DNA from: a virus
Taxonomy: Duplodnaviria; Caudoviricetes
IMG/VR virus record: IMGVR_UViG_3300024186_000003
Span: 1 to 45,981 of that record
DNA: 45,981 bases
Reading direction: 5' to 3' (one strand)
Below the pieces are notes generated by a model. That model did no database searches. It had not been told where the DNA came from and was given only the letters and a program-made list of their open reading frames with translations. The translations under genes and the position numbers were made by a program. Shown piece by piece: positions 17,041 to 26,356 of this stretch (positions within the stretch are counted from its first letter, which is position 1; each line of letters opens with the position of its first letter).

Positions 17041-18021
17041 ATGCCTCTCACTAATTTTCCCTTCGGCGTTTCGAGCTTCGGCATTCCGGTTATGGGCGGT
17101 GCTGCCATTCCGTTCACCGGGAATTACTGGTTTGTGAAGCCGATTACCGGGCTTGACGGTAACAGCGGAACGAATCCACAGGCGGCTCTCAAGACACTTT
17201 CGCGCGCTAAGGAGTTGGCAACCGCTAACAACAATGATGTGATTTTCCTGATTTCGGAAAGCAACACTGCTGCCAATACGACCGATTACCAGTCGGCCAC
17301 CCTGACTTGGGACAAGGACCTGACGCACCTGATCGGTATTGGAGCGCCCAGTCAATTCAGCCAGCGTGCCCGCATTGCGCAATTGTCCACCGCAACCGGC
17401 CTCACCAACTTGGTGAACATTACGGCGAATGCCTGCTACTTCGCCAATTTCTCGATTTTCCAAGGCGTGGCCGATGCAACAAGCCTTGTAGCCGCACAAG
17501 TTACCGGCCAGCGCAACGTATTCCAGAACGTGACGATTGCCGGCATCGGCAATGCTACGCAGGTCACGGCCGGTGCGTCATCTCTCAAGATTGCCGCAGG
17601 CGCTGAGAACTATTTTGCCAATTGCACGATTGGTCAGGATACGATCAGTGTGGATCAGAACTGCACCATTCTGTCATGCACTACGGCGGCAACTCGAAAC
17701 ACGTTCGAGAATTGTCTGTTTGATGCGTATCTGAGCAATGCCGGGTTTGCATCGGTAACTATCGGTACAAACGGCATCGATCGCACCTTGAGCTTCAAGA
17801 ACTGCCAGTTCTGGGCCAAATCCACCAACAAAGCAGTTACGCAGACTTCCGTGTTCTCCATTCCGGCGATTTCTCAGGGCGCGATTGTCCTCGATAACTC
17901 GACGTTCTTTACGGATGGCGGCACTGGCGGTGTGTGGGACAGCAACGCTCGCGGCATTATCTGGAACAACACGCCTGCGGCGGCGGCTTCCGGTGCCGGC
18001 GGCGAGATGACCAACCTCTAA
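17041..18021 (+). CDS. Virion protein with a parallel beta-helix (head fibre/spike-like)
   Basis: MPLTNFPFGVSSFGIP N-terminus; G.DGNSG.....ALKTL..A motif; repeated F.NC.F units. Confidence 0.65.
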   Translation: MPLTNFPFGVSSFGIPVMGGAAIPFTGNYWFVKPITGLDGNSGTNPQAALKTLSRAKELATANNNDVIFLISESNTAANTTDYQSATLTWDKDLTHLIGIGAPSQFSQRARIAQLSTATGLTNLVNITANACYFANFSIFQGVADATSLVAAQVTGQRNVFQNVTIAGIGNATQVTAGASSLKIAAGAENYFANCTIGQDTISVDQNCTILSCTTAATRNTFENCLFDAYLSNAGFASVTIGTNGIDRTLSFKNCQFWAKSTNKAVTQTSVFSIPAISQGAIVLDNSTFFTDGGTGGVWDSNARGIIWNNTPAAAASGAGGEMTNL

Positions 18022-18041
18022 CATTTGATGACCTGACGCAT

Positions 18042-18069
18042 GGGGTCGCCTTGAGGGCGGCCCCTTTTT
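18042..18069 (+). terminator. Intrinsic terminator
   Basis: ggggtcgcc-ttgag-ggcggcccc-ttttt. Confidence 0.8.
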
Positions 18070-18084
18070 CATAGGAGCCATCAA

Positions 18085-18486
18085 ATGGCCGACGCGGTCA
18101 CATCACAGACGATAATTAACGGCTCTAGAAATCTCGTGATGAAATTCACGAATGAGAGCGACGGAACGGGCGAGAGCGGTGTCAAGAAGGTTGACGCCGA
18201 GTCCTCTACCTTTGCAGTCAACGGCGTTATTCCCGGCGTTCACCTGACCATCGCGCGCATTACCTACAACGTAAGCGGCGGTTCTCTCAGGCTGAGATGG
18301 GAAGCCTCAAGCGCAACCGACATTGACATTCTCAGCTATGCCGGAGTGCAGGACTACACAGCGTTTGGCGGTTTGACCAATCCGAATGCAGCGGGTGCGA
18401 CAGGAAGCATCCTGTTTACAACGGTCGGGTTTGTGTCCGGCTCGTCCTACACCGTCACGCTCGAAATGCTCAAGAACGTAGGATGA
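18085..18486 (+). CDS. Conserved virion structural protein
   Basis: MADAVTSQTI..G.RN.VMKFTN.SDGTGES.V.KVD...FGGL.N....G.TG.I.FTT.G motif. Confidence 0.7.
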   Translation: MADAVTSQTIINGSRNLVMKFTNESDGTGESGVKKVDAESSTFAVNGVIPGVHLTIARITYNVSGGSLRLRWEASSATDIDILSYAGVQDYTAFGGLTNPNAAGATGSILFTTVGFVSGSSYTVTLEMLKNVG

Positions 18487-18665
18487 GAACCAACCGCTCT
18501 GCCCGGACAACTCGCGCTCAGAACCATCTTCCGCAGATGATGAGTACGCCATCAAATGGTGGATCAGGCGGCGGCGGGTCAACGCAAGCCAACTTTGTGG
18601 CCGAGGACGGCACGACGTTCTACGTCGCCGAGGACGGCACAACCTTTTACGTGACAGAGAACTAA
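18483..18665 (+). CDS. Small protein with tandem (F/Y)VAEDGTT repeats, possible fibre adaptor
   Basis: ATGA-coupled; Gly linker followed by FVAEDGTTFYVAEDGTTFYVTEN. Confidence 0.6.
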   Translation: MRTNRSARTTRAQNHLPQMMSTPSNGGSGGGGSTQANFVAEDGTTFYVAEDGTTFYVTEN

Positions 18666-18666
18666 T

Positions 18667-19962
18667 ATGGCCGTTTCCAAGCTTTCGCAGATCGCGGACT
18701 CTGGATCAAACCTGGTAGCCGCTGACAAGTTGGTTGGCGTTCATGGCGGCAATACAGATTTGCAATTTACCGGAACACAGGTTCTGGGGCTCACTACCAG
18801 CACCGCAAACACGTTTACGCAAGTCCAGACAATCCAAGAGAGTACATCAACTAGCGGTTCACTCGTTATCAGCGGAAATACTTCCCCCCCACCTGGTGGT
18901 CTGCACAAGACCAGTGTTCATATTGTCGGCAAGGACAATGAGCATACGGGCTATATAGTCGATACGTTCGGAAGCGTAGGCGGGGCGTTGACGCGTGGGA
19001 TTATGCTGTTCCGCGCTGCGAATGGCACGAATGCAGCACCAACGGCCGTTGTGTCTGGTGATGAAATAGGTCGCCTTAGCTGTCGTGGATATGGCGCTAC
19101 GGCATATTCTATCAGTACCGCTTCTGTCTCATTTATTGCGGCGCAGACCTACACGGATACTAACCAAGGAACTGCCGTTGCTATCCGTACTACAGCACTG
19201 AATACAGCCGGAGGAGGGTCAACTACAACTCCACCGATTATAGCTCAATTCCAGCCCAGCGGGGCGCTTTCCGTTGGTGACGCAACCTTTGTTGCTTCCG
19301 ACCCCGGCAGCGGTGTGATTGCGGCCAAGACAGGAGTTCTCCTAAGCGGCCAAGCGGCGGGCGGTTCAGGAATAACGTTAAAGTCTCCATCTACCGCCAG
19401 TTCATTCACGCTTACGCTTCCAGCCGGGACTACCGACTTTAGCGCGACCGGCGGTACGGGCCAAGTTGTTAAACAGTCCAGTGCTGGTGCTGCACTTACG
19501 GTTGGATTGCCACAACTTTATATCTTTGCGTCGGTAAATACCGAAAGCACGGTTCATACCGGAGACACCAACCCCGCCACGTTTTACACGATTGCAATCC
19601 CAGGCGGAACAATCGGAGCTAATGGGTCTTTGCGAATAACAGTTAGCTTTGGCTATACGGGTACCGCGGGGGCAAAAACACCAACCATCGCATTTGGTGG
19701 AACGACTTTTTATTCAACGGCAAGCCCAAGCGGTTCAACGCTATCGGCTCACATTATCACAACCATTTCAAATCGAAATAATACGTCTATTCAAATCGGT
19801 GGCTCAACAAATCAGGCGGGATATACGAGCACTAACAACGCGTTTGTACCGGGGGCAATCGATACAACGATTAGCCAGAATCTCGTCATCTCGGGCCAGC
19901 TCGCAAACGCCGGCGACAGCATCGCGGTCGAGCGGTACTTAATCGAAGTGATCAATCCGTGA
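18667..19962 (+). CDS. Tail/head fibre protein
   Basis: Gly/Thr/Ser-rich; N-terminal KLSQI motif; RAANGT.AAPTAV.SGD.IG fibre module. Confidence 0.7.
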   Translation: MAVSKLSQIADSGSNLVAADKLVGVHGGNTDLQFTGTQVLGLTTSTANTFTQVQTIQESTSTSGSLVISGNTSPPPGGLHKTSVHIVGKDNEHTGYIVDTFGSVGGALTRGIMLFRAANGTNAAPTAVVSGDEIGRLSCRGYGATAYSISTASVSFIAAQTYTDTNQGTAVAIRTTALNTAGGGSTTTPPIIAQFQPSGALSVGDATFVASDPGSGVIAAKTGVLLSGQAAGGSGITLKSPSTASSFTLTLPAGTTDFSATGGTGQVVKQSSAGAALTVGLPQLYIFASVNTESTVHTGDTNPATFYTIAIPGGTIGANGSLRITVSFGYTGTAGAKTPTIAFGGTTFYSTASPSGSTLSAHIITTISNRNNTSIQIGGSTNQAGYTSTNNAFVPGAIDTTISQNLVISGQLANAGDSIAVERYLIEVINP

Positions 19963-19977
19963 TTGGTCTGATTTGAC

Positions 19978-20382
19978 ATGACAATCACCACAACCTTTGC
20001 AAACCTTCCAGATGGCTTGCAGATGCTTTCGCTATTCGATCAAGCATTCGCAGAGGCGGCTGCCGGCGTTATTCCAGAACCTAGAGAGATCACATCGTCA
20101 ACCGGGACGGTTACGGCTGGCGAGTCTGCAATTGCTGTGGTCAGGGTAGCGCCGTCAACTACAACCATATTCCTGCCTGCCGTTCTTGCCCAAGGTGGCA
20201 TACCGCTTCGCGTGTTCGATTGGTCATCTTCCGTGACGGACCATGTTCTTACAATAACCCCGCACGGCACAGAAACAATCATGCGTCAATCGACGTGGCC
20301 GCTCTATTCCAACGCCTCAAATCTCGCCAGCGTCTTGCTAACCCCATCCGTGACGCTCGGCGGCTGGTACATAGCGCCGTGA
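19978..20382 (+). CDS. Virion structural protein
   Basis: Thr-rich; T.I.LP.....G....V.D......LTI.P.GTETI module seen in fibre-associated proteins. Confidence 0.6.
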   Translation: MTITTTFANLPDGLQMLSLFDQAFAEAAAGVIPEPREITSSTGTVTAGESAIAVVRVAPSTTTIFLPAVLAQGGIPLRVFDWSSSVTDHVLTITPHGTETIMRQSTWPLYSNASNLASVLLTPSVTLGGWYIAP

Positions 20383-20388
20383 GGCATC

Positions 20389-20808
20389 ATGGCTGATGAC
20401 AGGCACTACGTTCCAGGCGACTTCTATAGAGTGGACGATCGATCAGGCTTCAAAATCCGCGCCAAGCGATCACGGCAGGAATGGAATGGGCTGATTGTCA
20501 GTTACAAGCTGTGGGAGCCAAGACAGCCGCAGGACTTCGTTAAAGGCGTCATTGACGATCAATCCGTACCGCTTCCTCGTCCACGCCAGCCGAATACCTA
20601 TACCAATCCAGAAAATACCGGACTGTTTGTCGTCTATGGCGATCTGCCGGGGCTTCAGACATTCCTTGTGCAGAACAGCGATGCCTATAACACCGGCATT
20701 AATGCGGCTTCCAGCTACACCAATCCGAACGGAACCGCGCAATTCACCGCTTACAACGGCACCATCCCCAATGTCACAGCCGATTCATTTCCGAGTAATG
20801 TGACGTGA
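20389..20808 (+). CDS. Conserved head-completion region protein
   Basis: DDRSGFK.......EWNGL.V....WEPRQPQDFV.G..D.Q..P.PRP motif. Confidence 0.65.
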   Translation: MADDRHYVPGDFYRVDDRSGFKIRAKRSRQEWNGLIVSYKLWEPRQPQDFVKGVIDDQSVPLPRPRQPNTYTNPENTGLFVVYGDLPGLQTFLVQNSDAYNTGINAASSYTNPNGTAQFTAYNGTIPNVTADSFPSNVT

Positions 20809-21767
20809 CTACAAGTGGGACAGCCACCTTCAATCTGAACACCAATCAGATTGTTCTAACGGCGTTGCGTAAGGTTGGGGCAATATCAGCCGGTGAGACG
20901 CCCGACTATCAGACGCTAGCCGATTGCACCAGCCAGCTTAACATGCTGGTCAAGGCATTGAATGCCACCGGGCTGCATATCTGGACGGAAACCGAAGCCA
21001 CGCTGTTTTTGCAGCCAAGCCAGTATTCCTACACGCTCGGCGGCACGACCACGGATCACGCAACGGAAAGCTATACGGCGACAACCCTCACATCGCAGGC
21101 GGCGGCAAGCGCCACGTCAATTATTGTCGATTCCGCCACGGGATTTGCCGACACATACAATGTCGGCATTGTGCTGGATTCCGGTGATATTTTCTGGACG
21201 ACTGAAAGCGGCGCGACTTCAGGAACGACTATCACGCTTGCGGCCGGTCTAACCAGCGTCGCATCCGGCGGAAACGCGGTTTACGTCTATCAGACCAACA
21301 TCATTCGCCCGCTTCGCGTCGTATCAGGTCGCAGATTCGCGTTCTCAGGTTCTCTCGATACGCAGATGATGGCTCTCTCTCGTATCGATTACCGGAATAT
21401 GCCGAACAAGACGAACACCGGAACGATTACGCAGTATTTTTACGACCCAAAAGGCGGCGCAAATACGCAAGGCGTCATGTGGCTCTGGCCTTCGCCGGCC
21501 GATGTGAGTTCGGCCTTCAAGTTTACATGGTGGCGTCCAGTCCAGGATTTTACCGCACAGAGCAACACCCCTGACTTGCCGCAGGAATGGCTGGACGCTC
21601 TGATATGGAACCTCGCCTATAAGATGGCCCCCGAATATGATTGCCCGCCGCAGCGATACGCCATGATCAAGGAACAGGCGGTTTCCAGTCTCGATAACGC
21701 GATGGGATTTGACCGGGAGCCGGAAAGCTATCTGTTCGGCTTCAATGCGGATCAGACCGGACCGTGA
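20805..21767 (+). CDS. Head-tail adaptor (P22 gp4-like role) with an inserted beta domain
   Basis: MTTSGT..FNL...I...ALRK.G....GETP...PQEWLDAL.WNLAY..APEY; precedes the gp10-like gene. Confidence 0.7.
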   Translation: MTTSGTATFNLNTNQIVLTALRKVGAISAGETPDYQTLADCTSQLNMLVKALNATGLHIWTETEATLFLQPSQYSYTLGGTTTDHATESYTATTLTSQAAASATSIIVDSATGFADTYNVGIVLDSGDIFWTTESGATSGTTITLAAGLTSVASGGNAVYVYQTNIIRPLRVVSGRRFAFSGSLDTQMMALSRIDYRNMPNKTNTGTITQYFYDPKGGANTQGVMWLWPSPADVSSAFKFTWWRPVQDFTAQSNTPDLPQEWLDALIWNLAYKMAPEYDCPPQRYAMIKEQAVSSLDNAMGFDREPESYLFGFNADQTGP

Positions 21768-23170
21768 TCATTCCATTCGCTACGCAGAGCTACAAGTCAA
21801 CGTCGCTTCCTCTCTCGGCTCAACGCGCGGTCAATGTGTTTGCTGAACGAGAGCCACCCGATGCAAAGACGCAAGTGGCTGTCTTTGGCGCTCCCGGAAT
21901 TGTGACGTGGGCTACGTGTGGGAGCGGCCCCATCCGTGGGATGCGCCAACTCGGCGGAGTTCTCTATGTCGTATCGGGGAATACGCTCTATAGCGTGTCG
22001 TCGCTCGGGGTTGCAACGCCGGTAGGCGGCGCGGTGTCCAGCTCTGCCCCGGTTGTCATGTCGGACAACGGAACGCAGTTGCTTATTGTGAATGGGACCT
22101 ATGGCTACGTCTATACGATCGCCAGCGGGTTCCAGGTCATTACGAGTTCAAACTTTCACGCAGCAACATCGGCAACATTTTTCGATAACTACTTCGTCCT
22201 TAGCTGGGATGGAACGAACAAGTTCTTTATTTCCGGCACGCTTGATGGAACGTCCTACAGCGGAACGGACTTCGCCTCGGCTGAGGTTTCATCGGACTAT
22301 GTTCTAGCAGTCGTAAACCAGCAGGAAAACCTGCTGATATTCGGTCAGACGACTATAGAGACATGGTACGACGCTGGGTCGGTGAATTTCCCATTCCAGA
22401 GGGTTGATGGCGGAACGATCGAGCGCGGCTGCGCTGCGGCTCTAACGCCGGTCAAAGAGGACAATTCGGTTTTTTTCCTTGGTGATGACCGCATTTTCTA
22501 CAGGCTGGATGGGACTATTCCGCGCCGGGTCAGCACGCACGCCATTGAGGATACTTGGCAGAAATACACATCGGTTTCTGATGCTTACACGTTCTCCTAC
22601 ACGTTCGAGGGGCACAAGTTCATTGTCGTCAACTTCGTGGCGGCGAATGCAACGTGGGTCTATGACATCGCAACGGGTCTGTGGCACGAACGGGACTCGG
22701 TTGATATCAACAACAACTCGCTCGGACGGTGGCGCGCGTCATGCGTAGCAAACATCTACAACAAGACGCTGATCGGGGATGCCTACTCAGGACAGATCGG
22801 GTATCTGGACCCCACCGTCTACACGGAATTTGGCAATCAAATTCATGGGGAAATGGTTTCTCCGATTATCCAGTCAGACCGCAAGAGGGTATTTATCTCT
22901 CGCTTTGAACTGGACGTAGAGCAGGGCGTCGGCAACACCAATGATCCCGGTTCTGATCCTCAAATCATGCTCGATTGGTCCGACGATGGCGGCAGGATAT
23001 TCAACCAGCGCCAGATTTGGAACAGCATGGGCAAGCAGGGGCAATACACCAAGCGCCTGCGCTGGTTGAGGCAAGGGCAGACACGAAACCGGATTTACCG
23101 GGTGACGATCTCTGATCCTGTTCGCCGAACCATCATCGCGGCGCACGCCGATCTAGCGGTGGGTATGTAA
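21764..23170 (+). CDS. Packaged-DNA stabilization/tail hub protein (P22 gp10-like)
   Basis: 468-aa beta-rich protein; FASAE, FG..TIE.W, GC.A, RVSTHAIE, TWVYD..T..WHER and WSDDGG motifs. Confidence 0.85.
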   Translation: MIIPFATQSYKSTSLPLSAQRAVNVFAEREPPDAKTQVAVFGAPGIVTWATCGSGPIRGMRQLGGVLYVVSGNTLYSVSSLGVATPVGGAVSSSAPVVMSDNGTQLLIVNGTYGYVYTIASGFQVITSSNFHAATSATFFDNYFVLSWDGTNKFFISGTLDGTSYSGTDFASAEVSSDYVLAVVNQQENLLIFGQTTIETWYDAGSVNFPFQRVDGGTIERGCAAALTPVKEDNSVFFLGDDRIFYRLDGTIPRRVSTHAIEDTWQKYTSVSDAYTFSYTFEGHKFIVVNFVAANATWVYDIATGLWHERDSVDINNNSLGRWRASCVANIYNKTLIGDAYSGQIGYLDPTVYTEFGNQIHGEMVSPIIQSDRKRVFISRFELDVEQGVGNTNDPGSDPQIMLDWSDDGGRIFNQRQIWNSMGKQGQYTKRLRWLRQGQTRNRIYRVTISDPVRRTIIAAHADLAVGM

Positions 23171-23787
23171 TGGCAATTCAGGCCGGATATCAGGTTGCTC
23201 CTATTGTTGTGCCGACTCCGGGACTTGCAATAGCTACAAGCAGCGGTGCGCCTACCAATAACTTCAGAATAGCCCAACAGCAAATGCACGGGTTTGTTGT
23301 TGGCGTGAACCGACTTATTCCATGCAATGCGACGATGGCGCTGAACGTGATTACGCTATCTCTTCTGCCGGCTCAGCCCGATCTGACGCAATATGCTTCT
23401 TATGACGGGTTCTCATTCACGGCTCCCGATAATTCAACCGGGCCTGTTACGGCGCAGGTTGTCATTACAGCAGTAATCGGCCCTACAAGTCTTGGGATAT
23501 TGAAGGTTTACAATAATACCGGAGCGCAGGTCGGAAGCGGCGGAATTGTTAAAGATGCTCTTTATCGGTTTTACTTTAATGATGCGCTGGACAGCGGGGC
23601 CGGTGGATTTGTCAAGGATGGCGGGGCCGCTACTGCAGTCACGTCATTGACGAACAGCAGCGGTGGCGTTGTGAGCAACACGATTGCGGCCGTGTCAGGA
23701 TCAGGCGACGACACACACATCAATAACAACTTCGCATCCTTGGCTGAAAAGATTAACGCCATTGCTGCGGCCATTGGCGTCTCTTGA
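23170..23787 (+). CDS. Tail protein (needle/plug position)
   Basis: Follows the gp10-like gene; C-terminal coiled segment NNFASLAEKINAI. Confidence 0.55.
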   Translation: MAIQAGYQVAPIVVPTPGLAIATSSGAPTNNFRIAQQQMHGFVVGVNRLIPCNATMALNVITLSLLPAQPDLTQYASYDGFSFTAPDNSTGPVTAQVVITAVIGPTSLGILKVYNNTGAQVGSGGIVKDALYRFYFNDALDSGAGGFVKDGGAATAVTSLTNSSGGVVSNTIAAVSGSGDDTHINNNFASLAEKINAIAAAIGVS

Positions 23788-24239
23788 TCGAGAGTGTTTC
23801 GGCTGAGCGCGTTAACGAGATAGTCAACCACCCGAGCATCTACCCCTGGGTTTGCGGGCCATTTACGGGGCCGCTCGATCTGTCCGGGTTGGTGAAAAGC
23901 GGCGTTTACATCCCGGTCTTTGGAGAGTTTGGCGGCTATCTGTTCTTTCGCGTGGCCGATGGCATCTATGACGCTCATAGCGCGGTTCTCCCTGAAGGAA
24001 GGGGAAAATGGGCAATACGAATGGCGCGCGAGGCTTTGCGGGAAATGTTCTCCCGCGATGCCGATGAAATCCTGATGGCGGCGCCCAGGGGCAACCTTGC
24101 GGTTCTGACGCTCATCAGAATGCTCAAGGCAAAATATCGCGGAAAAATCGAGGACGGCTGGGTGATCAATAATCATCCGGTGTCGTCGGATATCTACTCT
24201 ATCACAAAGACGGATTGGGAATCATGCCAGCAGCTTTAG
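23784..24239 (+). CDS. GNAT-fold (DUF2824-like) protein
   Basis: YDAHSAVLPEGRGKWA motif; conserved position before the ejection proteins in P22-like phages. Confidence 0.7.
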   Translation: MIESVSAERVNEIVNHPSIYPWVCGPFTGPLDLSGLVKSGVYIPVFGEFGGYLFFRVADGIYDAHSAVLPEGRGKWAIRMAREALREMFSRDADEILMAAPRGNLAVLTLIRMLKAKYRGKIEDGWVINNHPVSSDIYSITKTDWESCQQL

Positions 24240-24904
24240 CCATTGGTGCGGCATCGCTTGGGTCGGCCTTTATTGGTGCCAACGCGGCCAATCGTGCGTC
24301 GGATGCCCAATCGCAAGCCGCCGCGAATGCCCTGGCCGCGCAACAAGCGGCGGTTGCAAAGCTCAATCCGTGGATCAATACCGGAACCGGCGCTAACTAC
24401 ACGCTCGGCTCGCTCTATGGCATTGGTCAGGATGGATCGACAGGGCATCCGCAGGATTTCAGCGCATTCACCAATTCCCCGGATTATAAATTCGCGCTCG
24501 ATCAGGGGCAGCTTGGGCTGGATCGATATGAGAATGCCAAGGGCCTGACGCTTTCCGGCGGAGCGCTGAAAGACGTTTCACAGTTCAATCAGGGTTTGGC
24601 TACTCAGCAGTTCGGAAACTACTACAATCGCCTTTTGTCTCTGTCTCAAATGGGTCAGGGCGCGGCCAGCTCTGCCGTAGGTGGCACGAACGCCATCGCA
24701 AATACAATGATGGGTCAGGGACAGGCGCAGGCTTCCGGCATTGTCGGCGGCGCGAATGCGCTTACCGGCGGAATCAACAGCGGGATTACGAACTCTCTTT
24801 TGTATAACGCCATCAACCGCAGTTCCTACGCGCCATCTTCGTCTCCGTTTAATTTTGGTGGTGGCGGCGGTTCGACGGGCGGAACTGGCGCGATGGGTCT
24901 ATAG
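24224..24904 (+). CDS. DNA ejection/transfer protein (P22 gp7-like)
   Basis: Ala/Gly-rich; SPDYKF..DQG......A.G..LSG.ALK....F.QGLA.Q....Y.NRL motif. Confidence 0.8.
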   Translation: MPAALAIGAASLGSAFIGANAANRASDAQSQAAANALAAQQAAVAKLNPWINTGTGANYTLGSLYGIGQDGSTGHPQDFSAFTNSPDYKFALDQGQLGLDRYENAKGLTLSGGALKDVSQFNQGLATQQFGNYYNRLLSLSQMGQGAASSAVGGTNAIANTMMGQGQAQASGIVGGANALTGGINSGITNSLLYNAINRSSYAPSSSPFNFGGGGGSTGGTGAMGL

Positions 24905-24907
24905 AAA

Positions 24908-26356
24908 ATGCCTGAAATCAACAATTCCCTTGCGGCCCAAGTCAACGCCAATCCGATTGACCTTAAGGGCACGCTCGGGACGATTTCGCAGATTGAACTG
25001 GCGCAGGCCCATGCCGGGCTATATGGGCTGCAAGCGCAGCAGGAGGCGCGCAAGCTCGCCGGTCTAGCCTATCTCAAGACAAATCCGACTGACTATACGG
25101 GCGCTATACAGCGCGGGCTTGACCCTTCCGTTGGCAGCACACTTCAGACGATGGGAGAGCGCGACAGGTCCATGTCGCAAACGCCCGGCGGGATTTTGCC
25201 GGCAAGCTATAGCGAACTCACGAAAGGATTTGAGAATAGGGCGCAGACCGCCAAGATCGGCGTTGAAACCGATACGATTGCACAAGGTAACAAGGCCCGT
25301 ATCGCGCAAGGCTATTTGTCAAACCCGACCGATGAAACATGGCAGAGCGGCATCGCGCGGGCCAAGGCCAACGGCTACATCAATACGATGGAGGAGCAGC
25401 AGCTTTTGAATGTGCGTGATCCCACGCAGCGGGCCAATGCGGCAAGGTCGTGGATCGGTGCTGGTGTTTCCCCGTCTGAATACACTGCCCCGCACAATGT
25501 AGAGCCGACCGCTGGGGTTACGACACGGGGCGGAATGCTGGCCCCGCCTGTTGCCAACCCTGCAGCCCCGCAAGGCGGTGGCATGGTCGGCGGTCCCGGT
25601 GAACGCATTCTTGGCGGTGGTATTGTCAGCGATAACGGCGTGCCGATGCCGAACCAACAGGTTGCAAGCAGGTTTGGCAATCTTCCGCCTGCCATGTCGC
25701 CGGGGCAAAAGGCTGAAAATACGGCTTATGGCGAACAACTCGCCAAGGTTCTGCCGGTTCTAGGAGAAAAGGCCGATCAGTCCCGGCAGGCGAATTTCAC
25801 GCTCGATCAGATGCGGCGCGAGTCTGAGACATGGAATATGGGCAAGGGCGGAACGGCCCTTATGACGGCGCAACAGTATCTAAAGCCGATCGCCAATGCG
25901 CTTGGCAGCGATGCGCTTGACCGCCCCGTGGCCGACTTCGAAAGCTTCCAGAAAAATACCGGCACGCTCGTTCGCCAAGCCGTGAAAGAGGTCAGTTCAA
26001 GGGCCGCCGTGCAAGAGTTTCAGTTGATCCAAAGCCAGCTTCCCAGCGCCGATATGTCGAGGAAGGGATTTAATCAGATCGCGGATCAATTCCAGGCGGT
26101 GAATGATTTCAACATTGCAAAACATCAGGCGGGGCAGGCTTGGCGCGATGCTACCGGAAGCATGAACAAGTTTGAGGCCGAGTGGAACAAGAATATAACG
26201 CCGGCTGCTTTCTTGGTATCTCGTTTGCCTCCCGATCAGCTCGGGGCCTTGCGTGAAAATCTGCAACGCACACCGGAGGGCCGGTCAACCTTGCGTTCCA
26301 TCAAGTCCCAGCTTCAGTGGGCGCATGACCACAACCTGGATCAGTTGATACGCTAA
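24908..26356 (+). CDS. DNA ejection protein (gp20-like position)
   Basis: Ala/Gln-rich helical protein between the gp7-like gene and the largest ejection gene. Confidence 0.65.
   Translation: MPEINNSLAAQVNANPIDLKGTLGTISQIELAQAHAGLYGLQAQQEARKLAGLAYLKTNPTDYTGAIQRGLDPSVGSTLQTMGERDRSMSQTPGGILPASYSELTKGFENRAQTAKIGVETDTIAQGNKARIAQGYLSNPTDETWQSGIARAKANGYINTMEEQQLLNVRDPTQRANAARSWIGAGVSPSEYTAPHNVEPTAGVTTRGGMLAPPVANPAAPQGGGMVGGPGERILGGGIVSDNGVPMPNQQVASRFGNLPPAMSPGQKAENTAYGEQLAKVLPVLGEKADQSRQANFTLDQMRRESETWNMGKGGTALMTAQQYLKPIANALGSDALDRPVADFESFQKNTGTLVRQAVKEVSSRAAVQEFQLIQSQLPSADMSRKGFNQIADQFQAVNDFNIAKHQAGQAWRDATGSMNKFEAEWNKNITPAAFLVSRLPPDQLGALRENLQRTPEGRSTLRSIKSQLQWAHDHNLDQLIR

Noticed and set aside
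18596-18660. Direct repeats as a mini-CRISPR array
   Set aside because: 27-nt in-frame coding repeats with synonymous variation; no unique spacers and no cas genes.
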